Notes: generated by a model from the letters alone, not told the origin. Positions 22,201 through 34,208 are shown, numbered from the stretch's first letter. The stretch: DNA of 64,000 nucleotides from Rebecca billardiae RCC1528 (GCA_965240325.2 OZ251224.1:1984001-2048000); one strand, 5' to 3'. Translations and numbers: made by a program.

Positions 22201-25200
22201 GGGGGTCGGGCGGCGCGCGGTGCCGAGGCAGGTGCACGGCGCGTGCGTGTACGCGTATCTGCGCGCCGAGTGTGCTCTCCTTGCGCTCTCCGCCGCGCTC
22301 GAGCTCGCCGAGCCGCACACCGCGGACGCGGGCGGCGACGCGGCGCGCCCGCGCGGCGGCGCCGACGACGCCGACAGCGCAGAGGAGGAGGAGGCGGAGG
22401 CGGAGGGCCGCGCGGCAGCGGCCGGGAAGGCGGGGGCGCCGGCCGGCGCGCCCGGCGCGGCATCGGAGGACGGCGCCGCCGCCATCTCCGATGAGCCGCA
22501 GGAGCGGGACGAGGCCGCGCAGAGCGTGAGCACACACACGGGCAGCTGGGCGGCTCTGCTCTCGCCGCACGTCGGCGCGGCGCTGTGCAGCGCGCGCGCG
22601 CGCACGGCCGTCGACGCGGCGACTGAGGCGCTGTACGGGCTGCTCCGCTCTCGGCTGGCGCTTGCCGCGCGGCAAAGGGCGGGCGTCGTCGAGGCGTCGA
22701 GCGCGGCCGCGCCGGACACGCTCGGCGCGCACGGCGGCGCGCTGCTCGCCGGCCTCGCCGCGTCGGACCTCGAGACAGCCCGGCAGCAGCCGACGCCGCT
22801 GCTGTCGCTGTCCGCGCGCGCCATCGAGGTGCTGGCGCGCTGCGAGCGCGCGTGCGCGTTCGGCGACCTGCACGCGGCGGTGGCGCTGCGTTGGGTCGTG
22901 AGCGACGCTGCGGGGAGCGCGCGCGCCGTCCGCGCCGCGGCGCACCGCATCCTCGCGCGCCTCGCGCCGCTCGTCACCGGCGGCGCTCTCGACGAGGAGG
23001 AGGGCTGGTGCGACGCGAACGACCGCTCGGGCGCGCGCGTGCACGCGCCTTCGGAGCTCGCCGCGCTCGCCGCCGAGCTGTCGTCGTCGGCGTCGCTTCT
23101 CCAGGCGCTGGGCGTGGCCGTGACGTCGCGGTCGAGATCAGGCTCGGTCGCGCTCGCGGCGGCGGCCGACGACGACGCGGCGGCCGAGCGCGAGCGCGCC
23201 GCGAGCGACGCCGACGGCAGCAGTGGCCGCGCCGCCGCCGCAGCCGACGCCGACGCCGACGCCGCCGGCGCTGGCGCTCGATCTCGATCGAGCTCGGCCG
23301 CGGCGCCCCGGCGCTCGCTCGGCGCGCGGCGGCATGCGCTGCCGCCGAGCCCGGCGCAGCTCGACGCGGTGGCGGCGGACGTGGTCGCCGCCGTCGCCGT
23401 CGCCGCGCTCGCGAGCGCGTGGTACGTCCGCGCGCCGCGCGAGATCGTCAAGCTCTGCCGCGCGACGGGCCTGCCCGGGCTGCGCGCCACGGCGCACGCC
23501 GTGCTGCACGAGACCTCGGAGCGCGCGGAGCGCGTGGCCGCAGGCGAGGTGGAGGCGGACGCGGAGGAGGAGGCCGCGCCGGGCACGCGGCTCGGCGCGC
23601 GCGAGTGCCTCGCGCTCATGCGCGCGTCCGCGCGCGCGCTGGCACACAACGTGGCGCACGCGTGCGCGCCGCCGCCGCCGCGCGGCGGCGCGGAGGCGTC
23701 AGAGGCGGCGGCGGAGGCGGCGACGGTGACGGCCCACGCGTTGCTTGCGCTGCGCGCGTGGCAGCGCAGCGCGGCCGCGGCCGAGCGCGCGCTCGCGCTC
23801 AGCTCCGCCGCCGCGGGCCGCGCCGAGGACGCGCTCTCGCCGCCCACGCGCGGCGCGTGGGCGGCCGCGTGGACGGTCCTCGCGCCCGTCGCCGAGCCGG
23901 CGCTGGGCACGCCGGCGGCGCGCGGCGGCGCGCGCCCGCCGGTCAGGGCGGCCGCAGACGGCTCGGCGGCCGGCGCGCGCGGCGGCGCGAGCTCCGAGCT
24001 CGTGCGCGCGCGCGGCGAGGTGCTGCGCGCGATGTGCGTCCACCCATCCGAGCCCTCCCTCGCCGTCGCCGCGCCCGCGCGCGGGCTGCTGCTCCTCGAC
24101 TCAGCGGCCGGCGGCTATGTGCGAGCGCCCGGCAGCGCGGCGGCGCCGCCGCCACAGGCTGAGGCGTCCGCGCACGCCTACTCGTGCCTCGCGCCGCACC
24201 CGACCGAGCCTGTCTTCGCCGCGCTGACCGATTCGGCGGTGCACGCGTACCGGATCGAGTGGGTCTCGACGCGCGACCTCGGCCGCCTCGTGCCGCCCCA
24301 AGCGGACGGTGGGGGCGGCCGCGAGTCGCCGCTCGGCCGCGCGGCCGCGGCGGTCGGCGCTGGCGCCGCGCCGCCGCAGGCGCCGGCGCGCGCCATGCTC
24401 ACCCAGCTCTGCGCGCTCACGCCGCCGCCACTCGTGGGCGGCGGCAGCGGCGGCGGCGGCGGCGGCGGCGGCGCGAGCGGCTCCTCCGCCGCGCCCCAGC
24501 TCGTTCGCGCGGCCTTCGACCCGCGCGGCGTCCGCCTGGCCGTCGGCGACGCCGGCGGGCGCGTCAGCGTCTGGGCGTGGCAGGGCGGCGCGGCGCCCGG
24601 CAGCGCGCCGCCCTACTACACGCTCAGTGGCGCTCTGCCGCGCCGCGTCGCCGACCTCGCGTGGCTCGAGAGCACCACGCTCGTCGCATGCTGCCAGGCC
24701 CACGGCAGCCCGGCCGCCGCCGCCGCCGCCGCCGCCGGGGGCTCGGCCGGCGGCGCGACCGCGGCCGGCGGCCCGAGCGGCGCGCACGCGGCCTCGGCCG
24801 CGGCAGCGGGCAACGGCGCAGGCGCGCACGGCAGCTGGAGCGCCTGCCTCGTGGACGTGCTGCTGCCGCCCGGCCGCGCCATCGTCGGCGGCGTGCACTT
24901 GGCGGACGGCGTGGGCACGTGCCTCCTGCCCCTGCGCGACCGGCTGCAGGTCCTGCTCGGCGGGCGGCGCGGCGAGCTCGTCCTCTGGGACCTGCGCACG
25001 CACCGCATCGTGCACACGTGGAGCGCGCACGCCGGCTCGGCCGTGCGCGCGCTCGCGAGCGTGCGCGGCGGCGCGCTCGCCGCGTCCGGCGCGTCGGACG
25101 GCTCGCTCAAGCTGTGGGACGTGCACGCGCCGCCGCCCGCGCCCGCGGACGCCAGCTCGCCCGCCCTCGTCGAGCGCTGGTCGAGCGCCAAGCAGCACGA

Positions 25201-25363
25201 GCGGCACACGATCCTGCAGCCGCTGCTCGGCGTCGGCCCAGGCTCGGCGCACGGCATCACGGCGCTCACGACCACGCCCGCCGCCGAGGGCAGCCTGTAC
25301 TCGTGCGGCGCGGACGGGCGCGCGCTCGTCCTGCCACTGCCGGCGGAGCTCCTTGACGGGTGA
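17159..25363 (+). CDS. DMXL: DmX-like / Rabconnectin-3alpha / Rav1 (RAVE V-ATPase assembly) WD40 protein; exons 17159-20893, 21054-21212, 21407-25363
   Basis: SPDGRL..FVYMPH..NVLLTVARDHVLRLWSET N-terminal WD region; Rav1p_C motifs HHPRVL, LDAPGLRFL, VVWAVHSE, AALFYLALG..FLSNDF..RWRTAALKNAYAL..AFFLLGG; C-terminal WD40 repeats. Two phase-0 GT-AG introns restore the frame. Confidence 0.9.
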
Positions 25364-25580
25364 GCGACAGTGTGCAACGCGCGTGGCATTCGTTCGCCCC
25401 GCGCCACCGATGCCAACGGCGGCGGGCACTTGTTTTCTCAGGCGGCGGTCGAGAACGACAACCGCGGGCTGGCCGAGGACACTGCCCACTGGCACTGGCA
25501 CTGGGCAGCCATCGCACTACTCATCATTCCATTATTGTCGTATGGCGCGACGGTTGCGTCGTCAATCATAATCAGCAGCA

Positions 25581-25619
25581 TAGAGAGAGCCAGACGAGAG
25601 AGAGAGACGAGAGAGAGAT
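25581..25619. repeat. Imperfect (GA)n tract downstream of DMXL
   Basis: agagagagccagacgagagagagagacgagagagagat. Confidence 0.7.
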
Positions 25620-26229
25620 CGAGCAGATCGAGATCGAACTGCTAGCTGCTGCGCTTAGCGCTAGCTAGTAAAAAATATAACTACGGTGCCGATGGCGGTC
25701 ATGTACGTCATGCAAGCAGTCGCAATCTCATCAATGACAATGAGTCATCAGCATGGACCGTCTCGCAGTGGTGAGTGCGGGTCGCGTGCTGACACGGGCG
25801 TCTGGCGTGCCATGGGCATGGATGATGGCAGCGAAGCAGAAGCTCGTCAGCCTAGTTGACTACGTGCTGCACCAGAGACATCTGAGTGATCAGACAGCTG
25901 ACGGAGGCGCGGACGGGGACGATACAGATACCAATCACCAAGGCGGGTAGTCTCGCGCTGCTCACGATGACGAGTGATAATGATATGCGCCACCGACGTG
26001 GCCACCAAGTAGACGGAAGACCCTGGGCCTGGGCCTGCTGGGGCGCGCCGAAAGACCTAGTTGCTGCGCCCAGGCGAGAGCCCAGAGCCAGGCAAGCTGT
26101 GCTGAGCAGCTCACCGGCACGTTGCCGGCAGCAACAGGCGACTCAACTGCCGCGCGGCTGCTGCACCCGCAGTGTCAGCCAACGGCAAGCCGCTGGACGC
26201 TCCGGCGCGCGGCCGCGCGGCCGCTCGGC

Positions 26230-27585
26230 TCACACCTTGCCCGTGGTGCCGTACATGGACTTCTTGACGATCCACTCGGACACGGGCACTGGCAGGCTGC
26301 CCACGATCGGCGCCGCCGCGCTGTCCGGGCCCACCTTGTAGCTGCTGTACGGCCGGCTGGCGCCGAGCACCTTCTTCATCGCCTTTGCGACCTCGGAGAC
26401 GTGCGTGCCCGGCTGCTCTGCCGAGTACTTGATGAACTGCTCGAGCAGCGGCCCGTACTCCTCCTGGGCCTGCGGGGCGGCGGGGCGCGCGGGCGCGGGG
26501 ACGAGCGCGGGCGATCAGAGTGAATCCCAGCCGCCCGCCTCGTATGCCGCGCGCCCACGCGGCCGCGCGCGCGCCGCCGCGCGCGCCGCCGAGCCTTCTC
26601 GTCGGCGCAGCGCGCGGGGTGGGGTGCACACCTGGTTTGTGCCGAGCTTCTTGGCACACGCCTCCCACATGCGCGCGTTCAGCTTGAGGCCCTCGGACAT
26701 GAGCATGGTGGGCTTGACGAAGCCCGGGTTGACCATGCAGCAGTCGATCGGCAGCTCGCGCAGCTGCATCTCCACGCGGATCGCGCGGCAGAACGCCTCG
26801 ATCGCCCACTTGGACGCCATGTACGCCGTCAGCAGCGGCGGCCCGGGCGAGAGGATGCCGCCGCCCGTCCCGATGTACACGCACCGGCCGCGGCGCGCGC
26901 CGGGCTTGCTCGTGGCCTCGCGCACGAGGGGCATGAGCTGCTGCGTCACGCGCACGTACCCGAAGAAGTTCACGTCCATCTGCCGCTGGTACATCTCGAT
27001 CGGGAAGAACTCGGCCGGCCCGTTGAAGCCCATGCCCGCGCAGTTGATGATCCCAATCAGGCCGGTCGACGGCTTGCGCGTGGCGATGTCGGCCTTGACC
27101 GAGGCGGCGGCCGCGGCGACGGACTCGTCGCTCGTCACGTCGAGCTTCACCGGCACCACCTTGCTCGCCTCGCCGCCCGCCGAGCGCACCTTAGTCTTGA
27201 GCGACTCAAAGCTCGCTTCCATGAAGCAGCCCGCGTAGATCACCTCGTACCCGAGCTTGGAGAGGAGGAGGACGGTGGCCTCGCCCATGCCCGAGTCCGC
27301 GCCGGTGACAAAGACGCAGCCGGTCTCCGGCTGCTCGCGGAAGTGCGGGAAGAGCCGCAGCGGCGGGACGGAGAAGATCGAGAGGGTGAGCAGCGCATGC
27401 GCCCAGTGCGGAAGCACGCTCATGCCCGGGAGGAGGAAGAGCGATGCGTGCGTGCAGCCGATCACGAAGACGCGCCAGAGCCAGTTGCGATAGAAGGTAG
27501 CGAGCAGGAGCGAGACAGCGACCACATCGCACGTCAGGTGGTGCTGATCGAGCCACGCAAGCACCGCGGCCGAGTCGATGGACAT
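26230..27585 (-). CDS. Membrane-anchored short-chain dehydrogenase/reductase (retinol/hydroxysteroid dehydrogenase-like); exons 27585-26632 and 26469-26230
   Basis: TGADSGMG Rossmann motif, INCAG, VNFFG, YMASK catalytic motif, VNPGFVKP; N-terminal hydrophobic helices. Intron 26631-26470 joins to AQEEYG..YKVGPD. Confidence 0.88.
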
Positions 27586-27755
27586 GGCGATCGATTCTCG
27601 TCGCTCGTCGGCGCCGCCCAGATGCGAGGCCGCCGTGCGCCCGGACCGATCCATCACTCTTCGTTCGCCCGGACCCAGCAATTCAAAACGCCAAACCGTC
27701 ATCGCCCTTTGCGGCGCGTGCGCCCGCCGCCCTTGCGTCGAGGAGGTTGGCGGCG

Positions 27756-30700
27756 ATGAGCGCCGAGCGGCTGCCGCCACTCGCGCGCGCGTCGCGCGCG
27801 CTCACCCCCGAGGGGAAGGACTCGCCGATCGAGCCGTCCTCTGCGCTGCGCCGACGCATCACCGACGTGCGCGCCGAGCGACGCGACTACGAGACGCGCG
27901 CCATGTCATTCGACGTGGCGCGCTGGCTTTCGGCCACGCTCAACGTGCCGCAGGCGGACGACCTGTTCGATATGATCGACACGGGCGTGCTCCTCATCGA
28001 GCTGCTGCGCTACGTCACCGAGGAGCCCGTCCCGTGCCAGACCGACGCCCACGCCGGCACGTACCAGGCGCGCGACAACACGAGCGTCTTCATCGAGTAC
28101 GCGCGCGACTCGCTCGGCATAGCGCACAGCCGGCTGTTCGAGGCGGACGACGTTGCGAGCCGTCGGAGCCTGCGCGAGGTGTGCAAGGGCCTGCTCAACG
28201 TCGCGCGCATCGCCGTGATCCGCCAGCCCGGCATGGTCCCCCCGCGCATCGTGCAGCTCGAGCTGCAGGACCAGGAGGCGGGCCTCGGCCCGCTCAGCCC
28301 GGGCTACTCGGAGCACCGGCCGTTCACGGTGAACGAGCTGGAGGTGGCGATGGGCTCGGGCGAGCAGCTGTGGATCTCGTCCGCGATCTCCAAGGCAGTG
28401 AGCGCCGGCGTCGAGGAGGAGCTCGTGCGCCGCGCGCGCGCCATTCTCAAGGAGCTGCGCGACGCGACCGCGCGCGCGCGCAGCTCGAGCGCATCCGCCG
28501 CGGCGGCGCAGTGCGACCTGCTCTCGCCCGCCTCGTCGGCGGGGCTGGGCTCGCCGCCGGGCGTGCTCGTACCGCCCCAGTGCGCGCTCGCCACGCACGA
28601 CGAGCGGCTGGAGCAGCAGCAGACCCCCGCGCAGCCCGCCGTCGAGCGCGCGCAGCGAACGCCGCTGCGCGACTCGGGCGCGCGCGGCAGCGGGCTTGCG
28701 GTACACAGCGACGCGAACACGCGCGCGCAGCTCGGCTCTCCGCGCGGCGTGGCGCGGCAGCCCATGGGCACGCTGTGCACCGCGGCCCCCGCGCACGGCT
28801 CGAGCGCCGTGGATGCCGCCAAGGCCGCCAAGCTCATGGGCCTGTGTGCGCCCTCACCGGGCGCTGCCTCGGCCGCGTGCGCCGCGGACGGGGGCAGCAG
28901 CGCGGCATCGAAGGTGGCGCCCTCGGCCGACGAGACGGCGCGCACCGAGCTCGGCATGGGGCGGCCGCCGCCCGTGCGCACGTCCGACGAGGGCGTGACG
29001 CTCGCCGCCGCGCGCACGCGCGCCTGCCCCACCGTCGCGACCGCCGTGCGCACACCCAGCCCAAGCAGCTCACGCGCGCGCGCGCTCATCACGCGCGCCG
29101 CCAGCGCGGGCGGTGCGCGCTCCGGTGGCGCGCGCTCGCTCCTGTCCACACCGGCGGCGCTCGGCGAGTCGCCGCCGCCGCTCAAGCGGCAGCCCACCGA
29201 GCGCGCGCGCTGCCGCGACCTGTGCGGCCTCACCTGCGCCTTCGTCTGCGCCATATTCATCTCGGCGCTCGTGGCGATGGCGTATTTTTACGACGACCCG
29301 GCAGAGGCGGCCGAGGCGGGCGGCGGGCGGCTGGGCACTCGGATCGCGCACTTTGCGCACGACGAGTGGCGCTTCGTGAGCGGGCTGTTCGGCGGGCACC
29401 ACGACGCGGAGGAAGACGCGCGGCGCGGCGCCGACTCGTTCGGCGCCTCGACCACCGCGTGGGGCGGCGTGGGCTCGGAGCACTACGGCGCGGCGCCGAC
29501 GGCGTGGGGCCGCGCTGGCCAGTCGGTTGGGCCATCCACCCACGGCTGGCGCCCGCCGGACCGTCGGGAGGACGTGCACGCGCTCGGCGCGGGGCTCGGC
29601 GCGTATGCCAAGGGGCCTCCGCCGTCGGGCGTCTCCGCGTACCACTTCCCGCCGCTGCCGCCGCTCCCACCGCCGCCTGCGTCGCCGCCGGGACCGCCGG
29701 CGGCAGCGCGGCCGCGCGGCCACGCGCGGCCGCATCACCGCCTGCCATCGCCGAGCTCGCCGCCGCCGCCCTCGCCGTCGCCGCCGCCTCCCGCGCCGCC
29801 GCCGCCGCCGCCCTCGCCTGCCCCACCGCCGCCGCCGCCGCCTCCGCCGCCCTCACCGCGCCCGCCGCCGCCGCCGCCGCCCTCGCCCTCGCCGCCCGCG
29901 CCGCCGATGCCGCCGATGCCTCCGCCAGTCTTCTGCTCCGCGCCGCCGCCCGAGCCGCGCGCGTTTGCGGGCGCGCCGCGCGTCGACGCCGAGTGTGAGG
30001 AGCTCACGTTCTCGGGCGGGCAGCGGTACGTGCCGACGGGCGGCACGATCAACGCGCGGCCGATCTACGCGTGCGTCTCCGAGTGCTGCCTCGAGGGCGC
30101 GCAGCGCATCGACGAGGGGCGGACCAAGGCATACTTCCTCGAGTACTACGCGGCCCTCGGCTGGTCCGTGACTCGCTGCGAGCGCTCGGAGGAGAGCGAG
30201 GGTGGGTTCGAGCCGCGCGCGCGCTCGGACGCGCACTGCACGGTGACGGCGCGCGCGCTGCACGACGGCCGCTTCCCGCCGGCCAGCTCGGAGTGGGCGC
30301 TGCTCGCGTACGCGTCGCACGCGCCGCATGCGTCGCGCGACGGCCCCGAGCGGCTGCGCTCCGAGTCGGCGAGCCGTTCTCGCGAGGTGGCCTTTGGCGG
30401 CGCCGACCTGTGGGAGCGGCAGCCGTCGCGCCACGGCGAGCACAGCGCGGAGGAGGGCGCGGAGGAGTGGTCACGGAGGGCGGAGTGGCAGCTGCGCTGC
30501 ACCAAGCGCCGCGTCCCCGCGCCGGGCAGCCCGCCGCCGCCGCCCTCGCGCCCGCCGAGCCCGCCGCCCCCGCCGCCGAGTCATCCGCCGCTGCCGCCCA
30601 TGCCGCCCAACTTGCCGCCTTACCGGCCGGAGCCGCCGGCGGAGGAGGCGGAGAGCCACGAGCGGCGGCACAGCCACCGAGAGCGCCGGCCGCGCCGGCA

Positions 30701-31586
30701 CGACCGGCACGAGGACGAGGAGGACGGCACGGCGGAGGACGAGGTCCAGGCGGAGGGCGAGGAGGCGACGACCATGTCGCGCGCCGAGCGGCGCGCCGCG
30801 CGCCGCGCCGAGCGGCGCGCGCACCGGCACGGTCGGGACAATCCCTCGCCGCCCGCCGCGCCGCCACCGCCGCTCGAGCTCGCAGCGGCGCCGCACGCGG
30901 AGCCGTCGCACGAGCTGGTGCGCCCGTGGGAGGTGCCGGCGCTCATCCCATACACGCGCGCGGGTGCGGACGGCTTCCCGCCCAGTCCGCCGCCGCAGCC
31001 GACGGCGAGTGTGCTCAACCATGTGTGGCACGCCTCGCGCCGTGGCGCGCATCTGCGCGAGGGCCGGCCAGCGACGGACGCGGACGCGCCCCCGCTGCGG
31101 GTCCGCCTCGAGGCGCGGCAGCGGGCGGCACGGAGCGGTGCCGCGCTCGTCCCGAGGTGGCCGTCATACGTCCTCGCCGGGTGCGCTTCGATCGCGCTGC
31201 TCGCCCTCGCGCTCGCGCGTCGGGCGAGACCTCCGCTCCGCCGCCTGGCCTCACAGCACAAGCAGGCCAACACGCCCGGCGGCGTTAGTGGCGGCAGGGC
31301 GTCCAGCTGCATTGGCACCGACGACCCCGAGCTCGGCGGTGGTCGCGACGCGGTCGTGTCCGCGTCGGCCACGAGGGTTGGCTCGCCTGATCGGAAGATG
31401 CTCAGCCCACGCGCACGGCGCGCGCCTGGCTCGTCCGGCGCAGCGCGGGCGTCGTCGTGCACGACCTCGTCGTTGGCAACGTCGTCGTTGATGAGCAGGT
31501 TTGACGACTCAACATCTGGCGCTGGTGGCCGTGGCGGTGGCAGCGCTTGCGCCCAGGGGCCGCCGGCCGGCGTGGCCATGCACTGA
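27756..31586 (+). CDS. GAS2-type calponin-homology domain protein with two predicted TM helices flanking a Pro-rich/Cys-containing region
   Basis: DVARWL..LFDMIDTGVLLIEL..GTYQARDNTSVFIEYARDSLGI..LFEADDV..REVCKGLLNVAR..PPRIVQLE matches the GAS2-family CH domain; TM1 GLTCAFVCAIFISALVAMAYFY; (SPPPP)n; TM2 YVLAGCASIALLALALA. Confidence 0.72.
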   Translation: MSAERLPPLARASRALTPEGKDSPIEPSSALRRRITDVRAERRDYETRAMSFDVARWLSATLNVPQADDLFDMIDTGVLLIELLRYVTEEPVPCQTDAHAGTYQARDNTSVFIEYARDSLGIAHSRLFEADDVASRRSLREVCKGLLNVARIAVIRQPGMVPPRIVQLELQDQEAGLGPLSPGYSEHRPFTVNELEVAMGSGEQLWISSAISKAVSAGVEEELVRRARAILKELRDATARARSSSASAAAAQCDLLSPASSAGLGSPPGVLVPPQCALATHDERLEQQQTPAQPAVERAQRTPLRDSGARGSGLAVHSDANTRAQLGSPRGVARQPMGTLCTAAPAHGSSAVDAAKAAKLMGLCAPSPGAASAACAADGGSSAASKVAPSADETARTELGMGRPPPVRTSDEGVTLAAARTRACPTVATAVRTPSPSSSRARALITRAASAGGARSGGARSLLSTPAALGESPPPLKRQPTERARCRDLCGLTCAFVCAIFISALVAMAYFYDDPAEAAEAGGGRLGTRIAHFAHDEWRFVSGLFGGHHDAEEDARRGADSFGASTTAWGGVGSEHYGAAPTAWGRAGQSVGPSTHGWRPPDRREDVHALGAGLGAYAKGPPPSGVSAYHFPPLPPLPPPPASPPGPPAAARPRGHARPHHRLPSPSSPPPPSPSPPPPAPPPPPPSPAPPPPPPPPPPSPRPPPPPPPSPSPPAPPMPPMPPPVFCSAPPPEPRAFAGAPRVDAECEELTFSGGQRYVPTGGTINARPIYACVSECCLEGAQRIDEGRTKAYFLEYYAALGWSVTRCERSEESEGGFEPRARSDAHCTVTARALHDGRFPPASSEWALLAYASHAPHASRDGPERLRSESASRSREVAFGGADLWERQPSRHGEHSAEEGAEEWSRRAEWQLRCTKRRVPAPGSPPPPPSRPPSPPPPPPSHPPLPPMPPNLPPYRPEPPAEEAESHERRHSHRERRPRRHDRHEDEEDGTAEDEVQAEGEEATTMSRAERRAARRAERRAHRHGRDNPSPPAAPPPPLELAAAPHAEPSHELVRPWEVPALIPYTRAGADGFPPSPPPQPTASVLNHVWHASRRGAHLREGRPATDADAPPLRVRLEARQRAARSGAALVPRWPSYVLAGCASIALLALALARRARPPLRRLASQHKQANTPGGVSGGRASSCIGTDDPELGGGRDAVVSASATRVGSPDRKMLSPRARRAPGSSGAARASSCTTSSLATSSLMSRFDDSTSGAGGRGGGSACAQGPPAGVAMH
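29740..29930 (+). repeat. Coding (CCG)n-derived SPPPP/poly-proline repeat
   Basis: ccgccgccgccctcg units encoding extensin-like Ser-Pro3-8 blocks. Confidence 0.85.
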
Positions 31587-32181
31587 TTCTGCATGCGCTG
31601 AATTGATCACCATCATCGCCATCATCATTGTCATCATGCATCAGTCAGCATCGCGTCGTCATCACCTGCTCAGCTGTTGTAGTTTATTGTCGTTGACGAT
31701 ATGCTGATGACGTACTACTTGATTGACGACGATGAGTTGACGATGATGACGTGCTGTTCACTCGTCGAGTCGTCGTCGTCACAAGCCCCTGCCTCACTGT
31801 AACAAACTAAGGGCCCTTGTCACTTGTGGCTTGTCGGCGAGTCCTTCGGTCGCGGCTGTCGCGCGTTTAGCTTACGATTAATTCGCGTGAACGGCCGAGC
31901 CTTAGACGACGTGATGATCACGGTGATGCGTGTTGTTACATCAAGCCGTCGGCTCAGGCTGATCAGCCGTACCCGTAGTGAGCCGCCGTGAATCCCACGC
32001 GGATAGGCCCCACGGCAGACGTCAACGAGAGACTCGATCGCGATCGACTGAGACGGCGGCGGAGGATGCGGATTGCGGATCATGAGAATGAAAGTAGATG
32101 AATAACTTTTGAGTCGTTGGCGGCCGGCGGGTCCCGGCCTTAGAGGAGCGATATGACGCGCACACGCAAGAATTCCGCTCG

Positions 32182-33869
32182 CTATCGCTGCTTGAAAGCC
32201 TCGATGAAGTGCAGCAGGGCGGTGTGCACGCAGCCGCAGATGGTGGTGGCCGATTCGGTGTGGAGGCTCTTGCCCAACACCGCGGCGGCGCGCGCCTGCA
32301 TTGGCGCAGGAGGTTTCTGCACCCATCGCAGGTTCGCCTGCGCGGCCCGGGCACGGCGGTGCGGGAGGAGGCCGCCGCGAAAGGGTCAGCGCGCGAAGCA
32401 CAAGACGACGGGGCTGCAAGCAGCCTCGGTGGTGCGCCGCAGCTCGGCCCGGGAGTCTCCGCCGAGCCCGCGCGCGGCGCGCTTCTCCAGCGCACCTCCC
32501 AGTCGGACGGATCCGCGCTTGAAAAGTCGGTCACCTCGATCTCGCCCGTGCACACGCGCTCGGCGTCCTTGAGGTCCACCTCGAACTTGATGGTGAAGCG
32601 GACGTCCCAGATGTACCGCTTCTTCCCGCGCACGAGGTGCACGCCCACGTCGCCCTCGAACGACTCGAGCGCCGTGCACTTGGCGGAGCTGCCGTCCTCG
32701 AGGGCGAGCGAAAGCGCGCCGATCGCGCTGCCCAGGTGGCCCTTCGCCCACTCGGTCTGGTCCTTCTCCTCGTCTGCGCGGCGCGGAGCGCGCCCGGCGC
32801 GCCGCACGAGTCAGAGCCGCACAGCGCACCGGGCGCCCAGCCAGCGCGCAGCGCGGTGCGGCGTGGCGCGGCGGCGGCAGGCGCGCGCGCGCTCGCGCGC
32901 ACAGGTGCCGGCCTTGTTCCAGACCGAGCCGCCGCCGCTGTCCTGCTGACCCAGCTGGGGCGCCTCGCTCGGGTCGATCTTCTTGGGGATCACGCGCGGC
33001 GCGGACGGCGCGTTCGCCCAGTACCGGTAGCCCGTGCCTGGCTTCTTCTCGTACGCGCTCGTCTCGCCGTCCGTGCCCTCCTGCGGAGCAGCAGCCGGGG
33101 TCGGCTTGGCAGCTGCAGCGGGCGGGGACCGCTGCTTGGTGGCGGGTGGGGGCGCCGTCGGGGGCGCAGTGGGTGGCGGCGGCGTGGACGTATCGGTTGC
33201 CTCCTGCTCGTCGTCGGAGAGGTCGATCTTGGCGAACCGATCGTAGTTGTTCATGCCCTTGCTGCGCTTCGCCTCCTCCATCTGCGTGCGCTCTGCGTCT
33301 ACGAGCTGCGGCCGAGCCGAGCGCGCGAGCGAGCGAGAAACGAGGTGCAGCGCGTGCGCGCGTGTGTCAGAGGCGGCTGCCCATTGGGGAGCGATCGCGC
33401 GGGGAGCGCACACCTTGTTCTTCACGGCCTTGTTCTGCGGCTCGACCTCCAGCGCCGCCGCAAGGTCGCTCCTCGCGTCGTCGTACTGCTTGAGTTCAAG
33501 GCGCGCGCAGCCACGCCTGAAAAGCGCCTTGACGCACCGCGCATCAATCGTGACGGCCTGCGAGCAGAGGTCGACGGCGTCCGTCCACTTCTGCTCCTTC
33601 AGCCGAGCCTGCGCGGCGTTGCACAGGCATGCCGTCCGCAGGTCCTGCGCCACCTTGCTGCGGTACGCGCCCTCCACCGTGCCAGCAATGGCCGCGCCCT
33701 CCACGTACGCCTCGACCGCATCCTGGTACGCTCCAGCGGTGAAGTGCTCGGTGCCCTTCTCCTTGCACGCCGTGGCCTCCCGAATCTTGACGTTCGTCGG
33801 GTGGTTCAAATGCTCATCCGCGGCCGCATCTGGCGCCTGGGCCGGCGCCGCGCTGGGCTGCGCCTCCAT
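32182..33869 (-). CDS. Hsp90 co-chaperone-like protein: TPR domain + Aha1 N-terminal-type domain; exons 33869-33414, 33305-32903, 32773-32496, 32337-32182
   Basis: Three TPRs (KEKGTEHF, CLCNAAQARLK, KALFRRG). SVWNKAGT-YEEKD..WAKGHL..GDVGVHLVRGKKRYIWD..TGEIEVTD is the Aha1_N pattern. Three GT-AG introns give a continuous frame. Confidence 0.82.
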
Positions 33870-34208
33870 TGCTCGTCTGGACCACGTCCGGAGCTGATGC
33901 ACGGGCGGAATCGCGCGCGGCTGTTATTTATTGCCTTTTATTGACGCGTGTGGATACGACTTGTTTCCACCTTTTCATTTTTGGGGGGACCGTCCGGTTG
34001 GTTCTAGCAAGCGGCTGCAGCCGGCTGCGGGCTTCAGCGCTCCCGGATTCGGAAACAAGGGCGCGGCGCTCCTCACGCCATCGTTCGATCCGCCTCCAGT
34101 GGCCGCGCGGGCGCGTAGGTCGGTGAGCTCGTCGATAGCTCTTGTTGCGCCGCCCATCGCCTGGCGCTCTTTTTTTGTGGTGACGTACGAACGATTGACG
34201 CGCTCAAC

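Noticed and set aside
17111-25571. Many long overlapping Arg/Ala/Pro-rich ORFs in alternative frames (e.g. 17908-21576, 19151-21469)
   Set aside because: GC-bias artefacts overlapping the DMXL gene. The same applies to most other ORF-track entries across the window.
31590-31780. (CAT)/(GAT)/(CGT)-rich tract after the GAS2-CH gene
   Set aside because: Low-complexity 3' UTR-type sequence, similar to other gene ends here; no discrete element.
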